Of a stretch of DNA of 24,405 nucleotides, positions 1 to 9,166 are shown piece after piece (within the stretch, counting starts at the first letter, position 1; every line of letters begins with the position of its first letter). The position numbers and the translations under genes are program-made. The stretch comes from Planctomycetota bacterium (GTDB lineage Bacteria; Planctomycetota; B15-G4; JADJEK01), in the NCBI GenBank assembly GCA_044225365.1, contig JBGAIQ010000074.1, positions 1-24,405 of the forward strand. The letters run 5' to 3'. The notes under the pieces were generated by a model. The model was given only the letters and a program-made list of their open reading frames with translations. It was not told the origin of the DNA and made no database searches.

Positions 1-1829
1 AGATTCGAATAGAACGCTCGCTCGACCGGCAATGCGACGACGCGCGATTCGATCCCGTCGAAGTCGATCTTCGTCTCGGAACCGCTCGCCGCGGCCGGCG
101 CGGCCGGTGCGGCTTCGGGTTTCTTCTCCGCGCCCGCGGGCGACGCCGGAGGCGCAGGCTTCTCCTCATCGCTCTCCTTCGCGAACGGCGAAGGCGTGCT
201 CGCGGCGAGGCAGATCAGGTAGAGCGAGTTGGTTTGATAGACGTCGGAGCTCGCCTGACTGAACCAGGTGAGGAACGGGCCGGCGTCGGTCGAGGCCGTG
301 AGGTACAGGTACTTGCCGCTCGCGTCGAAGACCGGCTCGCCGACGTCGGACAGACCATCGGTGATCGCTTGCGACTTGCTGCTCGCGAGTTCGTAGACGT
401 ACGCCTTGCGGAAGCCCGTCGTCCGAGCGAGCGTGTAGGCGAGAAAGCGCGAGTCCGGCGACCACGATGCGTAGAGCGTCGTCAGCACGCCGTAGGTCGG
501 CTCCTGCGCCACCTTCTTGAACTCATGGCTCGCAACGTCGAACACGTAGATCGACCGCGAGTTGTCGAAGAAGCAGAGGTGTTTCGAATCGGGCGACCAC
601 TTCGGGCTGTCGTAGAAACCCGCGCCGGGAACGGCGAATCGCTGCCTCTTCGATGCATCGTCCTGCGGCGCGAGCACGAGCTGCGTCTCGCCGGACTCGT
701 CCGAGAACCAGGCGATCGTCGCGCCATCGGGTGACCAGGCGGGATACCGCTCGTTCGCTCCGGGGGTGCGCGTCAGGTTGCGGATGTCACCCTTCTCCGC
801 GGGCAGCGTGAGTACTTCGCCTCGAAAGCCGATCGCGACGCGTGCGCCGGTCGGCGACGGATCGGCGCTTCGGAGGTACTGAGCTCCTTTGACGAATCGC
901 GGCCGCGTCTCGACGAGATCCGCCGCGACGCCGATCTTCAGCCGCTTCGATGCGCCCGTCTTCGGGTCGAACTCGAAGATCCAACCCGCCTGTTCGTAGG
1001 CGATCGCGCCGCCGCCTGCCGTGGCGTGCAGCACCGGGAAATCGGTGTACGCCGTCAATGCGCGCGGCTCCTTCCCCTTCGAGTCGAACGCGAAGAGATT
1101 GAACTCGCCCGCGCGATCGCTGAGGAAGTAGAGCGTGTCACCCAGCCACATCGGAACGATGTCGTTGCAGCGGCCCTCGGGCTGCGGCACCTGCATGACG
1201 GAGCGATCCTGCACGTCGTAGATCCAGATTCGACTCGTGCGACCGCCGCGGTAGTTCTTCCACTGCTCGTGAGCCGGAGCGAGTGGCGTGTAGGCGATCT
1301 TCTTCCCATCGGGAGACATCGCCGCGGCCGTGCAGCTCGGCAGTGTGAAACCGGCGGGAGCGCCGCCCTCGACGCTGACTTGGTAGAGCTGCGGAAGTTG
1401 CGGGGATGCCGACTCGCGCGTCGACGTGAAGAGCACGGCCTTGCCGTCGGGCGTGAAGTCGCAGACGACGTCGGGCTCCGGATGCGAGGTCAAGCGCCGC
1501 GGCTCACCGCCGGACACTGGGATCACGTAGACATCGAAGTTCCCGTCGTACTCTGCGGTGAACGCGAGCGTCTTCCCATCGGGCGAGAAGTGCGGATTCA
1601 CCTCGTGACCGGGGTGCGTCGTGAGTCGTCGCACCTGGGATCCGTCGCGGTTCGCGACCCAGAGATCGCCGGCATAGACGAAGGCGATGTTCTGCGCGCT
1701 GAGCGCCGGCTGCTCGAGCATGCGCGTGTCGTTCGGATCCACCATCGACTGCGCGTGCGCTACGGCGACATCGACGAGGAATGTGATGGCGAGCGACGAA
1801 ACGAAGGAGATCCCGAAGCGGGTGACCAT
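1..1829 (-). CDS. Tricorn-type (S41 family) protease, N-terminal beta-propeller part; 3' end lies outside the window
   Basis: Absent from the ORF track because there is no stop in the window. Manual translation from ATG 1829 (alternative 1841): MVTRFGISFVSSLAITFLVDVAVAHAQ (signal peptide), then TRMLEQPALSAQNIAFVYAGDLWVANRDG...RRLTTHPG...PHFSPDGKTLAFTAEYDGNFDVY. The same frame near the left edge reads WSPDSRFLAY...FDASGKYLYL...IDFDGIESRVVALP. These match bacterial tricorn homologues; the catalytic S41 domain is not visible. Confidence 0.88.
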   Translation of the reverse strand, partial: MVTRFGISFVSSLAITFLVDVAVAHAQSMVDPNDTRMLEQPALSAQNIAFVYAGDLWVANRDGSQVRRLTTHPGHEVNPHFSPDGKTLAFTAEYDGNFDVYVIPVSGGEPRRLTSHPEPDVVCDFTPDGKAVLFTSTRESASPQLPQLYQVSVEGGAPAGFTLPSCTAAAMSPDGKKIAYTPLAPAHEQWKNYRGGRTSRIWIYDVQDRSVMQVPQPEGRCNDIVPMWLGDTLYFLSDRAGEFNLFAFDSKGKEPRALTAYTDFPVLHATAGGGAIAYEQAGWIFEFDPKTGASKRLKIGVAADLVETRPRFVKGAQYLRSADPSPTGARVAIGFRGEVLTLPAEKGDIRNLTRTPGANERYPAWSPDGATIAWFSDESGETQLVLAPQDDASKRQRFAVPGAGFYDSPKWSPDSKHLCFFDNSRSIYVFDVASHEFKKVAQEPTYGVLTTLYASWSPDSRFLAYTLARTTGFRKAYVYELASSKSQAITDGLSDVGEPVFDASGKYLYLTASTDAGPFLTWFSQASSDVYQTNSLYLICLAASTPSPFAKESDEEKPAPPASPAGAEKKPEAAPAAPAAASGSETKIDFDGIESRVVALPVERAFYSN

Positions 1830-2067
1830 GGATGGAGTCATCGACGACCTGTTCGTGCCGAAGGGTGGGGGCTCACTCTTATGGGAGTGATGCGTTCTTC
1901 ACGCCGAGTACGCGAATAGCCATGAATACGTTGGAACAGGCTACCGAAGTTCCCGGTTTCACGCGCGAACGAGTAGGATCGGCGGCGCTCCGATCGGAAC
2001 CGAGTTCCTCGAGCGTGCGACGCGGGAGAGCGCGATGCAGGAGTTCAGGCGACCGAGCAGGGCGCGG

Positions 2068-2433
2068 ATGGCCGCGAGTGCTCCGAATCGATGGACGAAG
2101 CGAGCGGTGGCGATTCGCCTCTTCGTCGTCGCGATCGTCGTCGGCGCCCTCCCTACCTACCGTTTTGCGACGGGGGACTTCTCGAAGTACGGACTGCAGC
2201 CCGACGCTTCGGCTCGTTTCGATTGGATCGTCTCCACGTTCCTCGGTCCGCTCACCATTCTCGGTCACAGCGGTTTCATGGGTCTCGATTGGATGCCCGC
2301 GTTCGTGTTGCCGGTGGCAGCGATCGTGCTCGCATGGAAGAAACCGGACCGGTGGTGGGCGCGCCTTCTCGGGTACTTCGGTGTGGCGCTGTGGGTGCTG
2401 ACGGGCGCTATGATCGTCTCGATCGGTTTCTGA
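2068..2433 (+). CDS. Small hypothetical membrane protein (3-4 TM segments)
   Basis: ORF 2035..2433 with hydrophobic stretches (LFVVAIVVGAL, FVLPVAAIVLAW, LLGYFGVALWVLTGAMIVSIGF). Start at 2068 or 2035 is uncertain. Confidence 0.65.
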   Translation: MAASAPNRWTKRAVAIRLFVVAIVVGALPTYRFATGDFSKYGLQPDASARFDWIVSTFLGPLTILGHSGFMGLDWMPAFVLPVAAIVLAWKKPDRWWARLLGYFGVALWVLTGAMIVSIGF

Positions 2434-2832
2434 TGAAACGCGCACGATCGAGTCCGACAACTTCGAAGGACTCACCGTTTGTTGGCACTCTTCGAATGCA
2501 GGCCGAACTCCACCTCGAATCCTCGACCGCTCCCTGCACGGCGGCGAGATCCTGCGATTCTGCGTGGCTGAAGTGGACTCTACAAAAGACGATCGACGCA
2601 GGGAGAGGGCGGACTCCGATCGAAAGATCGGGAGGCGCGGGTCGTCTCGGCGCACACCGCGAATCCCGCGGCACTCCTCGCGCGCATACCCGCACGACCA
2701 CGCAGGGTACGCCGCCGTCGTCCACCGAACTCGTCGGGTGGTGGGGCGATCGAGAGCAAGCTCGGCATCCCGTTCGCTGATGCGGCGCCAGCGCCGACGT
2801 AAATCTCGAGTTCGGCGCACGGAGTCGAACTC

Positions 2833-3606
2833 ATGTACCCGTCACGATGCATCGGGACTCTCTTCGCGTGGGCCTTCACGATCGCTTTGGCCTCAGCGAA
2901 TCCGCTTCTCACGCCCGTCGTGATATCGCAGGAACCGGCGCCATCGATCTACCCGCAGAGCCAGGACGGAGAGCCGAATCGGCCGAACTTCTCGCCGGAG
3001 CAACTCGAGCAGATGCTCGCGCCCATCGCGCTCTATCCCGATTCGCTGCTGACGCAGGTCCTGATGGCTTGCACGTATCCGCTCGAGATCGTCGAAGCGG
3101 ATCGTTGGGCGCGAGCGAATCGGGACATGCAAGGCGACGAGGCTGCGCCGATGCTGGAGAACGAGAATTGGGATCCGAGCGTCAAGTCGCTCGTGAACTT
3201 CCCGGACGTCCTGTCGATGCTGAGCGATCGTCTCGAATGGACGGAGTCGCTCGGCGACGCGTTCCTAGGGCAGCAACAGGATGTGATGGACACGGTGCAG
3301 CGCCTTCGCGCTCGGGCACACGACGCGGGCAACCTCACCTCGACCTCGCACGAGGTGGTCGACTACGGTCCCGATGGAAATATCATCATTACCGAAGCAT
3401 CGCCGAACTTCATCTACGTGCCGGCATACGATCCTTTCCTGGTGTACGGGAATTGGCCGTATCCGTCGTTCCCGCCGTTTCGTTACTGGCCGCACGGATT
3501 CCACGGCTACCTCGGCGGTCCGTCGATCTCGTGGGAGTTCGGTGTTCCCTACGGATTCGCGTGGGGATACGCCTGGGGCCATTTCGACTGGGGCCACCAC
3601 TCGTGA
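2833..3606 (+). CDS. DUF3300 family exported protein, N-terminal part (frame ends prematurely at TGA 3604-3606)
   Basis: Signal peptide, then FSPEQLEQMLAPIALYPDSLLTQVLMACTYPLEIVEADRW...WDPSVKSLVNFPDVL...LGDAFLGQQQDVMDTVQRLR...IYVPAYDP..VYG, the recognisable DUF3300 pattern. GGAG lies upstream. Confidence 0.9.
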   Translation: MYPSRCIGTLFAWAFTIALASANPLLTPVVISQEPAPSIYPQSQDGEPNRPNFSPEQLEQMLAPIALYPDSLLTQVLMACTYPLEIVEADRWARANRDMQGDEAAPMLENENWDPSVKSLVNFPDVLSMLSDRLEWTESLGDAFLGQQQDVMDTVQRLRARAHDAGNLTSTSHEVVDYGPDGNIIITEASPNFIYVPAYDPFLVYGNWPYPSFPPFRYWPHGFHGYLGGPSISWEFGVPYGFAWGYAWGHFDWGHHS

Positions 3607-4214
3607 ATCTCGACATCCATCAGAATTTCAAGTTCAACTCTCACATCCATCACTCGAAGTACATACAACAATTCGAGAAGAACAAGCACGGAGGATGGCA
3701 TGGTGACAGCGGCGTTTGGAATCATGATGTGTCGCATCGCCGAGGCATTCCTTATCGGGACGACTTCACGGCGAAGCAATATGGATCGATGAGCCGCAAT
3801 CAGGCGGTGCGCTCCCGGCAAGAGTATCGCGGCCGCTTCGGTGGGTCGGGTTCGGTGCCAAAGAACCAAGGTTCTCCCGCCGGCCGCGGATCGACGAATC
3901 GCCCGTCCGGCGGTGCGGCGCGTCCGCCATCCTCGAATGAAAAGAGCGGAGCGGGCAATCCTCGCGGGAACCCGACGGTCCCACGAGGCGATTCGACGCG
4001 GCCATCGCCCTCGCCCGGACGAAGCACGCCCAGTCCCGGCCGCACGCCCACTTCGCGCGGCGGAACGCGCGGAGGAGTCTTCGACGGAGTCGGCAGGGGC
4101 GGTTCCACGACGCGCGGCAATTCCAACCGCGGGCAGTCGAGCCGCGGTAGCTCAGGGTCACGGGGTGGTGGCGGACAAAGTGGTGGTGGGCGCAGCGGTG
4201 GAGGCCGGCCGTGA
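3603..4214 (+). pseudogene. Frameshifted C-terminal continuation of the DUF3300 gene (His/Asn-rich, then Arg/Gly/Ser-rich disordered tail)
   Basis: The -1 frame reads VNLDIHQNFKFN...WNHDVSHRRGIPYRD...GGVFDGVGRGG...SNRGQSSRG...GGGRSGGGRP, which resembles DUF3300 tails and ends just before DUF2950. Confidence 0.75.
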
Positions 4215-4279
4215 ATATCAGGAAATCGACCGAACAGGCGACCGCACGAACGCAGGGCTCCGGGACGAAGGCAAGGAAC

Positions 4280-5314
4280 ATGATGATGGATCGAGAACCG
4301 ACCGACGCTGCGAATCGGGCTTTCTGGCCGATCGTTACGAATGCCGCGGCTGTGCTCGTGTTCGTTTCGTTCGCGGGCTGCACCGCGGAGCCACGTAAGT
4401 TCGACAGCGCCGACGACGCTGTCGTGAAACTGACGACGGCCGTTCGCGACGACGATCGCACTGCATTGCGCGACATGTTCGGAGAATGCTGCGACGATCT
4501 GCTCGACTCGGGCGACGAGATCCAGGATCGATCGAATGCGGAGGCGTTCCTCGCCGCGTACGAAGAGAAACACACGCTGGTGCCTGCCGGCGACGGAACG
4601 GTGATCCTCGAGGTTGGGGCCGAGGATTGGCCGATGCCCATTCCCATCGTCGAGTCGAAGGGCGAGTGGTATTTCGATGCCGCCGCGGGCGAGAACGAGA
4701 TCCTGTGTCGTCGGGTCGGGCGCAACGAGTTGAACGCGATCGAAGTGTGCCGAGCGATCGTCGATGCGCAGGACGAATATGCCGCCACCGCTCACGACGG
4801 AGAGAAGGCCGGCCTCTATGCGCAGAGGTTCATCAGCACGACGGGCAAGCAGGACGGATTGTATTGGCCGGTCGAGGCCGATGAGCCCGAGAGTCCTCTC
4901 GGCGCGCTCGTCGCCGAAGCCGTCGATGAGGGTTATCCCGCGCCCGAGAGCGGCACCGGTTCAGCGGGTGCCTCCGGCAAGGAAACCCGGAGACCGTTCC
5001 ACGGTTATTACTATCGATTGCTGACGTGCCAGGGAAAGAACGCGCCGGGTGGACCGCGTACCTATCTCGTCGACGGAAAGCTGTGCGACGGATTCGCGGT
5101 GGTGGCTTATCCCGTCGACTATCGCAATTCCGGGGTGAAGACCTTCCTCGTCAACCGATCCGGCATCGTCTACGAGACTGACTTGGGTTCCGAGACCCTT
5201 GCCCGCGCTCGCGCGCTCGTCGAATTCGATCCGGACGACTCATGGGCGATCGCCACAGAGCTTCCTTCTTCGGATGCGGCGTTCCCGGACGATTCCGTAC
5301 GGACCGCTCGATAG
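4280..5314 (+). CDS. DUF2950 family protein, probable lipoprotein
   Basis: WPMPIPIV, GENEILCRRVGRNELNAI, AQDEYA, YAQRFIST.GKQDGLYWP, PFHGYYYRLLT.QG..APGG, FAVVAYPVDYRNSGVKTF. Lipobox-like FAGC. AAGGA precedes ATG 4280; alternative GTG 4211 overlaps the upstream stop. Established neighbour of DUF3300. Confidence 0.9.
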   Translation: MMMDREPTDAANRAFWPIVTNAAAVLVFVSFAGCTAEPRKFDSADDAVVKLTTAVRDDDRTALRDMFGECCDDLLDSGDEIQDRSNAEAFLAAYEEKHTLVPAGDGTVILEVGAEDWPMPIPIVESKGEWYFDAAAGENEILCRRVGRNELNAIEVCRAIVDAQDEYAATAHDGEKAGLYAQRFISTTGKQDGLYWPVEADEPESPLGALVAEAVDEGYPAPESGTGSAGASGKETRRPFHGYYYRLLTCQGKNAPGGPRTYLVDGKLCDGFAVVAYPVDYRNSGVKTFLVNRSGIVYETDLGSETLARARALVEFDPDDSWAIATELPSSDAAFPDDSVRTAR

Positions 5315-5390
5315 TCGGGGAGCGGACACGAACACCGATCGCGATGGCGTTACTGATCGGCGTGAACGTCCATCGCCGAAGAGCGAGTCC

Positions 5391-5918
5391 TCATCGTTCG
5401 GTATCCTTCATCACCTTGATCGATGCAAGGATTTCGCTCGCGCACCGATCCCTTTCCACTGAAGTTGGGCATACCCCGGTGATGGCGTAGGCGACGCTCT
5501 CGATCTCGAAGACCACCCCAACCTCATATTCGCGCTTCGGCGTCCCGTCCTGCATCCATGTGATCTGCTTCACGGGGTATTCCTTGCCATCGACGGACTG
5601 AAGTCGAGCGTCCGTAACGAAGTATTCCTCCATCCATCGTTCGGCCGAGTACTTTGGCGCGTAGATCCCGACCTCGATGACAACGAGGGATCGTCCCGAC
5701 CGAAAGCGAATCGACGACCCGCCCTCCGTCGAACTGGGGGGAAGGTCGAATGGCGACCAACTCGCCGGCAGGTCGATGAGGAGCTTCTCGAATCGGATCC
5801 CGTGGCTCACCGTGCTCTCGCGCGCGGACTCTGCTTTCCCGCAGCCAAATCCCAGGCACAGCAACACAAGCGTCGCGCGCAGACGGGCGACGCAGTGACT
5901 CCTTCGATAGACTGGCAT
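5391..5918 (-). CDS. Hypothetical putative lipoprotein
   Basis: 175-aa ORF filling the gap. Basic N-terminus, LVLLCLGFGC lipobox-like segment, globular-looking remainder. Confidence 0.55.
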   Translation of the reverse strand: MPVYRRSHCVARLRATLVLLCLGFGCGKAESARESTVSHGIRFEKLLIDLPASWSPFDLPPSSTEGGSSIRFRSGRSLVVIEVGIYAPKYSAERWMEEYFVTDARLQSVDGKEYPVKQITWMQDGTPKREYEVGVVFEIESVAYAITGVCPTSVERDRCASEILASIKVMKDTER

Positions 5919-5974
5919 GGATCCGGACCTCTCCGCGTGCTCCTCGCCGCAGGTTCATTCTCGGAGGCGATTCT

Positions 5975-6454
5975 TTGGGTCGCAATGCTGCTCTCACCGT
6001 AGCCGTACTCGTCTTCTGCATCTTGGCCTGCAGAGGTGATTCGCCGCCATCGGGCGAAATGAACACGGCGGCGATTCGCGACGTCGTCCTGATGCAGACC
6101 CCGGAGAATATCCACTTCACCAAGGGTGCGAAATTCGATTGGGTCTACTTCGAGCGCGAGCGATGCACGGGCTTCACTGCGGCCGAACTCGATGCGGTCG
6201 AGGCGGGGTTCCGGGCAAAGTATACAAGGGTCTATTTGCGGGAGGTCGACATTCCACGAGAGCACGTTTCGGACGAGCGATACCACGGGGGATTCAAGAT
6301 CCAGTATCGACTGCAGCGAGCCGGCCCGCGCCGCATCACGCTCGAAAGCAGCGATTGGGAAGGGATGCGGGCGTCGGCTTCCGGTTCGCGAACCTACGAA
6401 TGGAACGGCGCCCGCTGGGACTGCGTGGAAGAAGGCGTTTGGGTCATCTCGTAA
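5975..6454 (+). CDS. Hypothetical putative lipoprotein
   Basis: 159-aa ORF from TTG (start uncertain). ALTVAVLVFCILAC lipobox-like segment; C-terminus ...SGSRTYEWNGARWDCVEEGVWVIS. Confidence 0.6.
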   Translation: MGRNAALTVAVLVFCILACRGDSPPSGEMNTAAIRDVVLMQTPENIHFTKGAKFDWVYFERERCTGFTAAELDAVEAGFRAKYTRVYLREVDIPREHVSDERYHGGFKIQYRLQRAGPRRITLESSDWEGMRASASGSRTYEWNGARWDCVEEGVWVIS

Positions 6455-6522
6455 CGGCTCGGCTGGAGCCTTCGCCATTTCCGTGGACACCGGGCGAGCG
6501 AAGGAGGGACGCCTCGACTCTC

Positions 6523-6567
6523 CCCAACGTGGCAGGATCCCAGGTCGCCACGGCATGCTACGTTGGG
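6523..6567. promoter_or_regulatory. 12-bp inverted repeat upstream of the PNGase-like gene
   Basis: CCCAACGTGGCA (6523-6534) and TGCTACGTTGGG (6556-6567), 11/12 complementary, intergenic. Confidence 0.35.
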
Positions 6568-6611
6568 TCATGGCCGCGCAGCGTGCTCGTAACCGCCGCG
6601 CCGGAGGCATC

Positions 6612-8309
6612 ATGGCTCACATTCCGAATCGCCGCGGGGCTCCGATCAGGAACCGGCTCGCGAGCGCGACCGTGTTGCGCATCCTCGCACTCGTCGTCGT
6701 GGGGTGCGCGGTCGCCCGGGCGCAGGATGAGGCCGCGAAGCGAGCGAGCGGAACGGGATATCGCCTGAATTTCGATTCGGTGAACGACGCCAGCGCGATC
6801 GATGCCACCGCGAGCGGTGAGTCGAAGGAGCAGGGCGCGGCTCCCCGGATCGAGGACGAGCGACTCCACTTGTTGCCGAGCTTGCGGAAGTCGCAGAACG
6901 CCGTCGGGCTGCGAGCACCGAGCGGAAGCACGGTGAGGATCATCGAGCTGACTTGGACGCTCACGATGAGCACGGGCAGCGAAGGGTGCGGCTTCGCCTG
7001 GCTCGACGTAGCGCGCTTCGGCGAGCACGGTGTGGCACCCGAAGTCGCGGAGTGGGAAGCGCCGAGTCTGCCGGGTTCGTTCGGCATCGGCTTCGACGCG
7101 TCGAATCCCGCGACGAGCGACGCGTTCCAGGGATCGGGCAATTACTACGACCGGCCGCAGCATGAAGTGTCGCTGCACTGGGACGGCGCGGAGGTGATGA
7201 AGAAACGGACCGAGATCGAGTTTCGCGATGCGCAACGCCACGCGATCTCCCTGCGCTTCGAGTTCGTGACCGGCGGCACCGAAGTGACTCTTCGCCTCGA
7301 CCAAGAAGTCGTGTTCGAGCGCTTCTTCGTGCCCTCGATGATCGCATTCAAGGGACGCCCCGCATTCGGTGCGCGCAACGATGAAACGGCGGGGGACGTG
7401 TGGATCGACGATTTCTCGGTCGCATGTGGTGAAGCCGTGCCTGCGCCGGAGCCGCCCGTGCAGATCCTGGCGTTCGACGCCGCCTTGAACGACCGCGGCC
7501 ATCCTCGCAACGATGCGAAGGTGGAGTTTCCGAAGGATGATTCGCGCTTCGGACGCATCGTTTGTGTGCTCCGCCTCGACAAGCCCGAGAGTCGATTCGA
7601 TCCCTGGGATCGCGTTGCGCACCTCTACGCGTTCGCGGACGACGGCGAGCGGTTCGAACTCCTGCGCTACGTCACGCCGTATCACCGTGGGCACGAGTGG
7701 AAGGTGGATGTCTCGGACTTCCGACCGCTGCTCACGGGCACCCGGCTCCTTCGCCAGGCGTGTGTGACGCAAGGAGCGGGTTGGCGAGTCACGGTTCGAT
7801 TCGACTTCTATCCCGGTCCTACCGATCGGCGAGCGTATCGGGTCGTGAACCTCTGGTCCGGCAAGCCCGAGATCGGCAATCCCGACGCTCCCGTCGAGAA
7901 GTTCTATCAGCCGAGGACGGTGACGCTCGACCCCGACACCGCATTCGCAAGAGTGCGCCTCGTCGTGACGGGCCACGGCCAGGAACCCAACACGGGCAAT
8001 GCCGCGGAATTCCTGCCGCTCGGCCGCACCCTCACCGTGAACGGTGAATCGTTCCGCAATATTTTGTGGAAGACGGACAATTATTTGAACCCATGCCGGC
8101 CCCAAGGCGGGACATGGAAGTTCGACCGCGCGGGCTGGGCTCCCGGCGACGTGGTGCGTGCCTGGGAGGTCGACGTCTCGCACGCCATCGCCGCGAAGGA
8201 ATTGAAGATCGAATACTCCCTGGATCCGTACGTCAACGAGGCCCGCGCCAAGAACAACAGGCCGACGCACGCCACCGAAGCACAGGTCGTCTTGTACCGA
8301 AAGCCCTGA
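6612..8309 (+). CDS. Secreted peptide-N-glycosidase F-related protein with an N-terminal ConA/L-type lectin-like domain
   Basis: GGAGG RBS before ATG 6612 and signal peptide ending VARA/Q. PNGase F motifs DPWDR, FELLRYVTPY, WKVDVSDFRPLL, VVTGHG, AEF, NP..PQGGTW..DRAGWAPG. N-terminal beta-rich region with SEGCGFAW and SFGIGFDA resembling L-lectin motifs (ADG.AF, AVEFD). Confidence 0.85.
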   Translation: MAHIPNRRGAPIRNRLASATVLRILALVVVGCAVARAQDEAAKRASGTGYRLNFDSVNDASAIDATASGESKEQGAAPRIEDERLHLLPSLRKSQNAVGLRAPSGSTVRIIELTWTLTMSTGSEGCGFAWLDVARFGEHGVAPEVAEWEAPSLPGSFGIGFDASNPATSDAFQGSGNYYDRPQHEVSLHWDGAEVMKKRTEIEFRDAQRHAISLRFEFVTGGTEVTLRLDQEVVFERFFVPSMIAFKGRPAFGARNDETAGDVWIDDFSVACGEAVPAPEPPVQILAFDAALNDRGHPRNDAKVEFPKDDSRFGRIVCVLRLDKPESRFDPWDRVAHLYAFADDGERFELLRYVTPYHRGHEWKVDVSDFRPLLTGTRLLRQACVTQGAGWRVTVRFDFYPGPTDRRAYRVVNLWSGKPEIGNPDAPVEKFYQPRTVTLDPDTAFARVRLVVTGHGQEPNTGNAAEFLPLGRTLTVNGESFRNILWKTDNYLNPCRPQGGTWKFDRAGWAPGDVVRAWEVDVSHAIAAKELKIEYSLDPYVNEARAKNNRPTHATEAQVVLYRKP

Positions 8310-8424
8310 TGGGTGGCCTCTCCCCGGATCGTTCGGCCATCGAGTTCTCGTCGTCGAATGCGTCGACGGGCCGATTCAGAGGGTACACTTAGGCCGATCC
8401 CTCCGCGAGCGCTGTGGATCGACG

Positions 8425-9018
8425 ATGAACTCAGATTCCACCGGCCCGTACTTCCCATCGCGCGACGTCAACGACCTCCTCGCCGAAGTACGCGAAGGAG
8501 CGCCCGGCGCCATCGATCGCCTGTTGCCGCTCGTCTACGCCGAGCTGCATGAACTCGCTCGCCAGCAGTTGGGCAGCAACCCACGCGGTCTTACCCTCCA
8601 ACCCACGGCGTTGGTGAACGAGCTCTACATCAAGTTGGCGGCGAACCGGGGCCAATTCGATGATCGCCAGCATTTCATCGCGGTCGCCGCGATCGCAATG
8701 CGTCAGATCCTGGTCGATCACGCGCGGCGACGAAGCACCAAGAAGCGTGGCGATGTCGGTGAACGAGTCACGATGGCCGGCATCGTGGGCGACACTGGAT
8801 CGGAGGTCGATGTCCTCGACCTCGAAACGGCGCTCGCCGCGCTCGAGGCGGCCTATCCGCGGCCCGCGAAAGTCGCGGAGCTGCGCTTCTTCGGCGGGCT
8901 CTCGGTCGATGAGGTCGCCGCAGCACTCGGGGTGAGCGCACGAACGGTCGACTACGACTGGCGCTTCGCACGCGCCTTCCTCCAGCGCGCACTTCGCGAC
9001 GGCGGCGGCGAGTCCTAA
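8425..9018 (+). CDS. ECF sigma-70 factor of the kinase-associated type (TIGR02999-like)
   Basis: LLPLVYAELHELA, TLQPTALVNELYIKL, DRQHFIAVAAIAMRQILVDHARRR..KKRG, AELRFFGGLSVDEVA..LGVSARTV..DWRFARAFL. Lies directly upstream of a Ser/Thr kinase. Confidence 0.93.
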   Translation: MNSDSTGPYFPSRDVNDLLAEVREGAPGAIDRLLPLVYAELHELARQQLGSNPRGLTLQPTALVNELYIKLAANRGQFDDRQHFIAVAAIAMRQILVDHARRRSTKKRGDVGERVTMAGIVGDTGSEVDVLDLETALAALEAAYPRPAKVAELRFFGGLSVDEVAAALGVSARTVDYDWRFARAFLQRALRDGGGES

Positions 9019-9166
9019 ATGACGGTTCACGATTCGGCCAGGCCTCCGACCGGCTGCGAGCCGCGCAAGCATCGTCGGACCTCCTCACCGACTCTTCTTG
9101 TTGAGTCGCTTCGTCGGTCCTCCTCGCCTGCGCGGCTCTCGCGCGGTCTCGTAACCTGGCGGAATC

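Noticed and set aside
1933-2008. GGAAC...GTTCC words in the divergent region upstream of the tricorn gene as an ECF promoter or operator
   Set aside because: The two occurrences have different spacing and no matching -10 element; too short to support.
2434-2832. ncRNA or riboswitch in the 400-bp gap before DUF3300
   Set aside because: No aptamer consensus or convincing stem found by eye; an Rfam/Infernal scan would be needed.
3604-3606. Selenocysteine or stop read-through at the DUF3300 TGA
   Set aside because: The in-frame continuation (ISTSIRISSSTLTS...) is not family-like; the plausible continuation is in the -1 frame.
6126-6611. N-terminal extensions in the ORF track (6126 for the PNGase-like gene; also 16314, 18608 and 22858)
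   Set aside because: They overlap other genes or intergenic motifs. RBS and/or signal peptide position support starts at 6612, 16245, 18449 and about 22114.
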